Shown here: piece after piece, positions 56,921-64,000 of the stretch
Layout: each line of letters starts with the position of its first letter
Numbering within the stretch: the first letter of the stretch is position 1
DNA from: a bacterium
Lineage (GTDB): Bacteria > Bacillota_I > Bacilli_A > RFN20 > CAG-826
NCBI GenBank assembly: GCA_963651445.1
Contig: CAVJPU010000004.1
Span: 10,664-74,663 of the forward strand
DNA length: 64,000 nucleotides
Direction: 5' to 3'
The notes under the pieces: generated by a model
What the model was told of the DNA's origin: nothing
The model's database searches: none
What the model saw: only the letters and a program-made list of their open reading frames with translations
Translations under genes and position numbers: made by a program

Positions 56921-57793
56921 CTACATTTTCAAATCATCAAGGATATCTTCCATAGAAGAGATGACCTTCGCCCTGAATTGATGGCGGAAGAAGGTCTCTT
57001 GTCGTTTGATATATCTTCTTGTGTCTAACTTTATTAAATCTTTAGCATCTTCTAAAGATATTTCACCATCTAAATATGGGAATAATTCTTTAACCCCGAT
57101 GGCTTTGAAGGCCTGGGCTCCTCTTCCATATTTTTCAATCAAAGGGAGAGTCTCATCCAATAAGCCAATTTCAAACATCTTATCAACCCTCTCGTTGACC
57201 TTCGGATATAAGGTCTCGCGGTCGATATGCAAGACATAGAATTTTGATGGATAAATTGGCTCGTGGTGCTGCTTTGCGAGAAATTGAGTCTTCGGTTCTC
57301 CAGCCGCCAAACAAACCTGAATGGAACGCATTATCCTTTGCCTATTTTGGACCGGAAGCTTATCGGCTTCTTCTTTATCTAGACCCTCGAGAATCTCATG
57401 AAGTTCCTCGTTGGTCTTAGTTTCATAAGGGGTCATATCGATTTTGTCGGTGTCTAAAGATAGGTCGTAGTCATATAGGGCCGCCCTAAGGTAAAGACCG
57501 CTTCCACCGACGATGATGACATTATTTTTGCGGGATAAAACTTCCTTTAGAGTTTCCCTACAATCTTTCTGATAATGGGCGATTGAATAGTTCTCGCTCA
57601 AATCCACATATTGGAATAAATGATGCAGTACTTCGCTTTTTTCTTCGTTTGTTGGCGCAGCTGTAGCGATAGTTAAGTCCTTATAGACCTGAAAAGCATC
57701 GCCGTTGATGATTTCGGCGTCTATCTTCTTGGCCAACTCAATGGCCAAGCGGCTTTTGCCCGTTCCTGTTGCCCCTGTTAAAACGATGATCAT
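56921..57793 (-). CDS. miaA: tRNA dimethylallyltransferase
   Basis: 290 aa. IVLTGATGTGKSRLAIELA P-loop. Confidence 0.9.
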   Translation of the reverse strand: MIIVLTGATGTGKSRLAIELAKKIDAEIINGDAFQVYKDLTIATAAPTNEEKSEVLHHLFQYVDLSENYSIAHYQKDCRETLKEVLSRKNNVIIVGGSGLYLRAALYDYDLSLDTDKIDMTPYETKTNEELHEILEGLDKEEADKLPVQNRQRIMRSIQVCLAAGEPKTQFLAKQHHEPIYPSKFYVLHIDRETLYPKVNERVDKMFEIGLLDETLPLIEKYGRGAQAFKAIGVKELFPYLDGEISLEDAKDLIKLDTRRYIKRQETFFRHQFRAKVISSMEDILDDLKM

Positions 57794-59529
57794 GAAAGCA
57801 ATGCGCGTACCCTTTCTAAGTAAGCTCCGACCTCAGAGACCAGAGCCTCTTTGTTTTTGATTAATGGGTCATTATTGATGATATTGCTGATGGCTAAGAA
57901 TTCTTCTTTGCACTTAGCATATTTCTCATCATTGCCCATCGATAAGGCCAAAGCCTTTTTGGCGGCCTCAAACTTCGTTCCAAGTTCGACGTATTTTGGG
58001 TCCTTCAAAACCTCCGAGAGGTTCTTATATTCCTTGAGAAGCGGATCTAACGATAAAACGTACGCCACATCTTTAGCTTTCCAAAGGATTGGGTCTCCAA
58101 CCAATTCTCCACGAAGGGAATAGTTCTTCGATTCAAGGACTTTGACATCGACGATGCAACCGGAGAGATAGGCTGGTCCCGGGAAGTTAATAAGTTTGCC
58201 ATTCTCGGCGTAACCAGAAAGGACGTTAGAGTTCTTTTTGGATGGGCCCTCAACCAAAACGGAGTAAGTATTCCCGACCATCTTGGCCGAATGCTCTCCC
58301 GTCGTCTTTTCAATGACTTTGACCAAAGCGTTGAAACGTTCGTGTTTCAATTCGTCTGGGGTATCATCTTTCAAAGCTGCAGCAGGTGTGCCTTTTCTCG
58401 GAGAATAAATGAAGGTGAAAGCAGCTGAATATCCAACTTCCTCGCATAGTGATAAGGTATCGGCAAATTCCTCATCGGTTTCGTTTGGGAAGCCGACGAT
58501 GATGTCAGTCGTTAAAGCGATATCTGGCATCTTTTCACGGATTTTCTTAACCAAGGAAAGATATTCCTCTCTCGTATATCTACGGCCCATTCTCTTTAAA
58601 CAGGAAGTGGAACCGGACTGAACTGGGAAGTGCAGCCATTTGCGGATGTTATCGTATTTAGCCATTACCTCAATCATCTCATCGGTGAATTGGGATGGAT
58701 AAGAAGTGAGGAAAGTTAATCGTGGGACGCCTAATTTGGCGACTTCTTCCAATAATTGAGCGAAGGTCGTGCCGTCTTTTAAATCCAAGCCATAGGAGTT
58801 GACGTTTTGGCCTAACAAGGTGATTTGCTTATAGCCATCTTCGACCAACTGCTTGCATTCTTTGACGATGTCTTCAACCTTTCTGGAACGTTCCTTGCCT
58901 CTGGTGTAAGGGACGATGCAGTAGGTACAGAACTTATCGCAGCCATAGGAAATGTTAACAAAGGCTTCGGAGCTAGATAAACGCTCGGAAGGCATATCTT
59001 CGACCAATTCTTTTGGTCCAGATTCGACATCAACGATATGCTTTTTAGTCTTCAAAACATCGGTCAACAAAGGCAACAAGCGATGAACGTTATGGGTACC
59101 GAAAACCAAAGTGACAAACGGGTAGGTTCTGAGAATCATCTCAGCGAAACCTTCTTGTTGCATCATGCAACCGCAGAGACAAAGGATGAAATTTGGATCT
59201 TTCTCGGCTTTGGCTTTAAAGGAGCCCAATTCACCATAGACTTTATCTTCGGCGTTCTCTCTGACCGCACAGGTGTTGATGATAGCGAGGTCGCATTCTT
59301 TAGGATCTTCGGTTCTCTCATATCCCGCCATTTTCAAATAACCAGCCATGATTTCCTCATCGCGAATATTGGCTTGGCAGCCGAAGGTTTTGATGAAGAA
59401 TTTCTTCCCTTTGGCGAAGTTCTTCAATAAGTCCGAGACCTCAACATGGTCAACCAGGCGTTCCGCTTCAGCGATACGCTTTCTGGCTTCTTTCATATTA
59501 GGGACGGAACGATAAATACATTTACTCAT
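57790..59529 (-). CDS. miaB: MiaB-family tRNA methylthiotransferase fused to a C-terminal YmcA/YlbF-like helical domain
   Basis: MTTase N-domain (FIKTFGCQAN), radical-SAM CxxxCxxC (CDKFCTYC) and a TRAM domain, followed by a ~105-aa helical extension. 579 aa. Confidence 0.8.
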   Translation of the reverse strand: MSKCIYRSVPNMKEARKRIAEAERLVDHVEVSDLLKNFAKGKKFFIKTFGCQANIRDEEIMAGYLKMAGYERTEDPKECDLAIINTCAVRENAEDKVYGELGSFKAKAEKDPNFILCLCGCMMQQEGFAEMILRTYPFVTLVFGTHNVHRLLPLLTDVLKTKKHIVDVESGPKELVEDMPSERLSSSEAFVNISYGCDKFCTYCIVPYTRGKERSRKVEDIVKECKQLVEDGYKQITLLGQNVNSYGLDLKDGTTFAQLLEEVAKLGVPRLTFLTSYPSQFTDEMIEVMAKYDNIRKWLHFPVQSGSTSCLKRMGRRYTREEYLSLVKKIREKMPDIALTTDIIVGFPNETDEEFADTLSLCEEVGYSAAFTFIYSPRKGTPAAALKDDTPDELKHERFNALVKVIEKTTGEHSAKMVGNTYSVLVEGPSKKNSNVLSGYAENGKLINFPGPAYLSGCIVDVKVLESKNYSLRGELVGDPILWKAKDVAYVLSLDPLLKEYKNLSEVLKDPKYVELGTKFEAAKKALALSMGNDEKYAKCKEEFLAISNIINNDPLIKNKEALVSEVGAYLERVRALLS

Positions 59530-60304
59530 CGATGTTCTCCTCCAAATGAATGCGGCGAATATTTGCCGCCTTTAAGGCTTTTTCGTCGACTTCGATATAA
59601 GTCGCGTTGAATTGAGATAATCCACGTCCCGAGAAATCCAAGGATACTTTTTGGCCTTCAACAAAGCGTTTCTTCGCTGATTCGTAAGTGGCCCCGATAG
59701 ATCCGTTCATGATGCCACACATGCCGACATCGGTTTGAATGGCGGTTCCATCGACGATTCTCTCGTCGGCGGTTTGGACATGGGTGTGGGTTCCGATCAG
59801 CACCGTCGCCTTTCCAACATTATTCAGCATGAATATCTGCTTCTCGGAAGTTGATTCGGCGTGGTAATCAATAAGGTGGATAGAAGGCTCAATCTTCTCG
59901 TAGAGGTCATTCATGGCCAAATATGGGAAGTTGACGGCCTCTTTCATAAAGGCGGTTCCTAAAACATTGGTGACCCTAATTTGGATCCCGTTCTTTGCGA
60001 ACAGGCGAGAACCTTTGCCATGGTGATAACCGATGACATTCAAAGGCCTAACCAATTTGTCGGCATCATCAATCCAACGGTCCAAGTCATATTGGCCGTG
60101 CCAGTGATTGCCTAGGGTGACGCAGTCAACCCCATGGTCAATAAGTTCCTGATAATCGGCTTTGGATATTCCTTTGCCGTCAGTGATATTCTCTCCATTG
60201 ACGATAAGGAAATCATAGGTTCCCTTAAGCTTTTCGAGCGACGAGAAAAGAATGGCTTTGCCAGCGTTGGAAACAATATCTCCGACAAAGAGGATACGCA
60301 GCAT
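59522..60304 (-). CDS. ymdB: YmdB-family metallophosphoesterase (2',3'-cyclic-nucleotide phosphodiesterase-like, TIGR00282)
   Basis: 260 aa. MLRILFVGDIVS...GNHWHG metallophosphatase motifs. Located immediately downstream of rny. Confidence 0.85.
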   Translation of the reverse strand: MLRILFVGDIVSNAGKAILFSSLEKLKGTYDFLIVNGENITDGKGISKADYQELIDHGVDCVTLGNHWHGQYDLDRWIDDADKLVRPLNVIGYHHGKGSRLFAKNGIQIRVTNVLGTAFMKEAVNFPYLAMNDLYEKIEPSIHLIDYHAESTSEKQIFMLNNVGKATVLIGTHTHVQTADERIVDGTAIQTDVGMCGIMNGSIGATYESAKKRFVEGQKVSLDFSGRGLSQFNATYIEVDEKALKAANIRRIHLEENIDE

Positions 60305-60328
60305 TTTGGTTGCGCCTTTCTAAGCTAA

Positions 60329-61921
60329 TTATTTAGCAGTTTCGACCGCTCTGTATTCGCGGATGACAGATACTTTGATGGTACCTGGATAAGTGACTTC
60401 GTTTTCGATTCTTTCTTTGATTTCGACGGCAAGCTTGGTCGCTTCAAGGTCAGAAACCTTTTCAGGAACGACCATAACGCGGACTTCACGACCGGCCTGC
60501 ATAGCATAAGCGGTCTGAACGCCTTCGAATTCCTTAGCGATGGTTTCCAATTGCTCGACACGTTTGATGTAGGTTTCAAGGGTTTCGGATCTAGCGCCTG
60601 GGCGAGCGGCGGATAATGTATCGGCCGCCATAACCAAGTTGGCAATCAAAGAGGTCGGTTCAACTTCGCCATGGTGAGAAGCAATGGCATTGATAACAAC
60701 ATCGTTTTCGCCACATCTCTTGGCGATTTGGACACCAAGCTGAGTGTGAGAGCCTTCCATTTCGAAGTCCACTGCTTTGCCGATATCGTGGAGCAAGCCA
60801 GCACGACGGGCAAGATTTTGGTTGAGTCCTAATTCAGCAGCCATCATGCCGCAGAGATAGGAAACTTCGATGGAGTGATCTAAGACATTTTGGCCATAGG
60901 AAGTACGATATTTCAAACGGCCAAGGAGGTTGACGATTTCTTTGTTGAGCTTTGGAAGGCCGAGACGGAAAGCGACTTCTTCGCCGGTCTTATTCATCTC
61001 GACTTCCATCTCGCGTTTGCACTTAGCGGCAATCTCTTCGATTCTGCCTGGTTGGATACGACCATCTTTAACGAGATATTCAAGGGTACGCTTGGCAATT
61101 TCTCTTCTGATTGGATCAAAACAAGAGACAGTGATGACTTCTGGAGTGTCATCGATTACAATGTCGACGCCTAAAGTGGCTTCGATAATACGGATGTTGC
61201 GGCCTTCGCGTCCGATGATACGGCCTTTCATTTCATCCGAAGGAAGGGCAACGACCGAAACGGTTCTTTCGGTGACGACTTCCTGAGCGTATTTAGCGCA
61301 GGCAAGAGACAACAATTCAGTAGCTTTGGCCTGAGCGGTAGACTTGGCTTCATCCTCTTGGTTTTTGATATAGAGGGCAATTTCGGTCGACATCTTGGAT
61401 TCGACACGAGCCATGATTTCGTCATGGGCTTCTTTGGTGGTCATGCCGGAAACTTTCTCAAGTTCGGCGATGATGGAATCAATTTTCTCATCCAATAATT
61501 TGTGTTTGTTGTCCAAATCGGCCAAACGGGAATTGAGGGATTCGGTCTTACGATCGATTTCCTTTTCTTTGCTGAGCAAGGATTCGTCACGACGGTTCAT
61601 GACTTCCTCACGAGCATCCAATTTAGCACGATCGGATCTGACCTCTTCGGTCATGCTGCGAATTTCGCGATCGGCCTGTTCTTTGGCTTCGGCGTTGATA
61701 CGCTTGGCCTCGATTTTGGCTTCTTTCTCGATTTCATCAGCTTTCTTCTCAGCATTTTCAATGATGCTGGAAGCGGAATTTTGGGCTCTCTTGGCTTTGA
61801 TGGAAGGAACGAAGATAAAGATGCAAGCCACAATAGCGCCGACCACGACGGCAGCGACGATAGCGATGACTGCAACTAGAGCTCCGGAGAGACCTCCTTC
61901 GCCGGTTAACAAGTTAAACAT
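60329..61921 (-). CDS. rny: Ribonuclease Y
   Basis: 530 aa: an N-terminal TM helix, a coiled coil, a KH domain (GREGRNIR) and an HD domain (LLHDIGK). Confidence 0.9.
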   Translation of the reverse strand: MFNLLTGEGGLSGALVAVIAIVAAVVVGAIVACIFIFVPSIKAKRAQNSASSIIENAEKKADEIEKEAKIEAKRINAEAKEQADREIRSMTEEVRSDRAKLDAREEVMNRRDESLLSKEKEIDRKTESLNSRLADLDNKHKLLDEKIDSIIAELEKVSGMTTKEAHDEIMARVESKMSTEIALYIKNQEDEAKSTAQAKATELLSLACAKYAQEVVTERTVSVVALPSDEMKGRIIGREGRNIRIIEATLGVDIVIDDTPEVITVSCFDPIRREIAKRTLEYLVKDGRIQPGRIEEIAAKCKREMEVEMNKTGEEVAFRLGLPKLNKEIVNLLGRLKYRTSYGQNVLDHSIEVSYLCGMMAAELGLNQNLARRAGLLHDIGKAVDFEMEGSHTQLGVQIAKRCGENDVVINAIASHHGEVEPTSLIANLVMAADTLSAARPGARSETLETYIKRVEQLETIAKEFEGVQTAYAMQAGREVRVMVVPEKVSDLEATKLAVEIKERIENEVTYPGTIKVSVIREYRAVETAK

Positions 61922-62140
61922 TTTAAAAGACTCCTAATAAGAGCCTCAGTCCCCACTTAAAGAAAAAGTGTTATCAATTTATGTATGGATATACCTGGTT
62001 GGGAAGACCCCAAGAAGATTGCTAACCTTGTAAGGTGGGTGCCTGAGCACGCTTATATGATACACAAGCGCACAAAGAAATTAAACACCTTCTAGGCCTT
62101 TTACCATTTATAGTCGAATACCGACAAGTTTTGACGGAAA

Positions 62141-62175
62141 AATAAAAAAAATGGGACGCCTGATGACATCCCATT
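62141..62175 (-). terminator. Rho-independent terminator downstream of recA
   Basis: The minus strand reads GAATGGGA-tgtcatcaggcg-TCCCATT followed by TTTTTTTTATTTTT. Confidence 0.7.
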
Positions 62176-62188
62176 CTTATTTAGTTTG

Positions 62189-63187
62189 TTATTCGGCTTT
62201 TTCGGTAGCGGAAGCTTCCTTGATTTGCTTTTCTAAGCTAGCGAGAAGTTCCGGATTGGCTCTCAGATAACGGATAGCGGCATCACGGCCGTTGGCGATT
62301 TTCTCGTCTTGGTAGACGAACCAGTTACCAGATTTGCTCATGATGTTCTTGACAACAGCCATATCGAGGATTTCTCCATCAAGGTTGATGCCTTCGCCGT
62401 AAATCATATCGATTTCGCAGCTCTTGAATGGAGCGGAGACCTTATTCTTGACTACTTTTACTTTGACGGTATTTCCGATAATTTCGGAACCTTGTTTGAT
62501 GGCTTCGGAACGTCTGATGTCCAAACGGATAGTGGCGTAGAACTTCAAGGCGCGTCCGCCAGTAGTGGTTTCTGGATTTCCGTAGATGACGCCAACCTTT
62601 TCACGAAGCTGGTTGATGAAAATAACCAAACATCCAGTTCTATTTAAGACACCAGCCAATTTACGCATGGCTTTGGACATCATTCTGGCCTGAAGACCGA
62701 CATTATTGTCGCTCATGGTGCCATCCAATTCGGCTTGTGGGACCAAGGCGGCGACAGAGTCAACGACGATTAAGTCGATGGCGCCGGATTCGGCTAAAAG
62801 TTCGACGATTTCAAGAGCCTGCTCGCCAGAGTCTGGCTGAGAAAGGATAAGTTCGTCGATATCAACGCCTAATTTCTTGGCGTAATCTGGATCGATGGAA
62901 TGTTCGGCATCGATATAGGCGGCACGTCCGCCTTTCTTTTGAGCCTGGGCAACTGCTTCCAAGGCTAAAGTGGTTTTGCCCGAGGATTCAGGACCGTAGA
63001 TTTCGACGATTCTTCCTTTTGGATATCCACCGACTCCCAATATCTCATCGAGCATCAAGGAACCAGTTGGGATGACGTCGACATCCACTTTGGCGTGTTC
63101 GCCCAAGACCATGATAGATCCCTTGCCGTAGGCTTTTTCGATTGTGCGCAGCGCTTCTTTTAAGGCCGCATCTTTGTTTTCTGACAT
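62189..63187 (-). CDS. recA: Recombinase RecA
   Basis: Start chosen at [13 protein letters not shown] behind a GTGGAGGA RBS. Walker [13 protein letters not shown]. Full-length RecA. Confidence 0.95.
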   Translation of the reverse strand: MSENKDAALKEALRTIEKAYGKGSIMVLGEHAKVDVDVIPTGSLMLDEILGVGGYPKGRIVEIYGPESSGKTTLALEAVAQAQKKGGRAAYIDAEHSIDPDYAKKLGVDIDELILSQPDSGEQALEIVELLAESGAIDLIVVDSVAALVPQAELDGTMSDNNVGLQARMMSKAMRKLAGVLNRTGCLVIFINQLREKVGVIYGNPETTTGGRALKFYATIRLDIRRSEAIKQGSEIIGNTVKVKVVKNKVSAPFKSCEIDMIYGEGINLDGEILDMAVVKNIMSKSGNWFVYQDEKIANGRDAAIRYLRANPELLASLEKQIKEASATEKAE

Positions 63188-63234
63188 AATTTTGTCCTCC
63201 ACTATCTATATAACAGACAAATTGATGTTTTTTC

Positions 63235-63705
63235 CTATTTCATTATTTCCAAAAGTTTTTCGGTAACGAATTCGACGGCTTTCTCGCGTATTTCGTTTCT
63301 TTCTCCGTCGAAAATCATTTTATAGGTATTTATCTTTCCTTGGACATTGATGCCCATATAGGTTTCGCCGACTCGAGCTTTCCCTGGCTCTGCGGTTGGA
63401 CCCGCGTTCCCTGTGAAGGAGATGGCAATATCAACATCAAGAACCTTTCTGGCGGATTCCGCTAAGGCGTAAGCCACTTCTTTGCTGACCACATCGTATT
63501 TATCAATGAGTTCTGGAGAGAGGCCAAGAACGCTTTCTTTGATTTTCCTGTCATAACAGACAATCCCGCCCTTAAATACGGCGCTGGCTCCGCTAATCGA
63601 ACAGAAAGTCGAAGCAAACAGTCCAGCCGTAAAGCTTTCGGCCGAACCGAGAGTAAGCTTTTTATTCTTAAGAATCTCCAAGAGTTCCTCAGTCTTTTTT
63701 GTCAT
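63235..63705 (-). CDS. cinA: CinA C-terminal-domain protein (nicotinamide-nucleotide amidohydrolase PncC-like)
   Basis: 156 aa. LTLGSAESFTAGL...GGIVCY is the CinA C-domain signature. Classical pgsA-cinA-recA order. Confidence 0.85.
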   Translation of the reverse strand: MTKKTEELLEILKNKKLTLGSAESFTAGLFASTFCSISGASAVFKGGIVCYDRKIKESVLGLSPELIDKYDVVSKEVAYALAESARKVLDVDIAISFTGNAGPTAEPGKARVGETYMGINVQGKINTYKMIFDGERNEIREKAVEFVTEKLLEIMK

Positions 63706-64000
63706 GCTTGCCTCCGCCGGTCAAAGCCACCACTTTCCAATTTTGGATGACGTAGATTAAGCCGGAGACCAAGGAAACCAAGGTGGCGGCATAAACGAAC
63801 CATAGGGCTACTCTGCCTTCGCCCCAGTTGGCATCGAAATAAGTGAATGGGAAGCCATTGAGTAAAACAAGCGGGATGGCAATCATCTGAAGGACGGTTT
63901 TGGCTTTGCCCCAATTGTTGGCGGCAAGAACCGTTCCTTTAGCGGCAGCGACCAAACGCAAAGCGTCAACCACCAAATCTCTGACGATCATGACGATGAT
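63689..64000 (-). CDS. pgsA: CDP-diacylglycerol--glycerol-3-phosphate 3-phosphatidyltransferase, C-terminal part (start lies beyond the window end)
   Basis: The translation ends ...NWGKAKTVLQMIAIPLVLL...LVSLVSGLIYVIQNWKVV, typical of the PgsA C-terminus. It overlaps the cinA start. Confidence 0.75.
   Translation of the reverse strand: MIVMIVRDLVVDALRLVAAAKGTVLAANNWGKAKTVLQMIAIPLVLLNGFPFTYFDANWGEGRVALWFVYAATLVSLVSGLIYVIQNWKVVALTGGGKHDKKD

Overview
This is a 64-kb chromosomal segment of a low-GC Gram-positive (Bacillota-like) genome, roughly 45-48% GC overall; genes in the 3' half are almost all on the minus strand. Most of the window is conserved housekeeping. The recognisable housekeeping genes are the 5' end of metK, pduL, mgtE, an ABC-F ATPase, a macro-domain protein, a HAD hydrolase, ispD, a pgi with an N-terminal S1 domain, M32 and M3 peptidases, a NifU-like protein, glpK, an M24 aminopeptidase, yigZ, trxA, a complete Rnf cluster with ApbE, a NusG-II protein and a Gx transporter, rdgB, an MFS transporter, an inositol monophosphatase, rpoE, argS, ispF, ychF, csp, fhs, miaA, a miaB fused to a YmcA-like domain, ymdB, rny, recA, the cinA C-terminal domain and the 3' end of pgsA. 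I parsed eight tRNA genes by hand: a solitary tRNA-Leu(GAG), a Val-Tyr-Gln-Lys-Leu operon with a consensus sigma-A promoter, and an Asp-Gly pair. Four regions stand out as accessory or unusual. The first is a lipoprotein plus a C10 (streptopain-like) cysteine peptidase directly after the tRNA operon; its GC is strongly atypical, and the peptidase ORF is internally mosaic in composition. The second is a single 2,235-aa membrane-anchored acidic protein with no recognisable domain. The third is a ~2.8-kb islet of very low GC directly after tRNA-Gly, carrying a polytopic membrane protein, an AttH/CrtC-like protein and a TetR regulator; it is bracketed by directly oriented short repeats (TTTACACGATTT-type) and has no integrase. 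The fourth is a tandem pair of fused ATPase-permease MacB-like ABC transporters, the second of which has no canonical start codon (probable AUU start behind GGTGGAGGA). I found no CRISPR array, IS element, rRNA or prophage gene. Everything rests on reading the sequence and the translations and on recalling conserved motifs; I ran no database search, and all coordinates, GC contrasts and domain calls are approximate.
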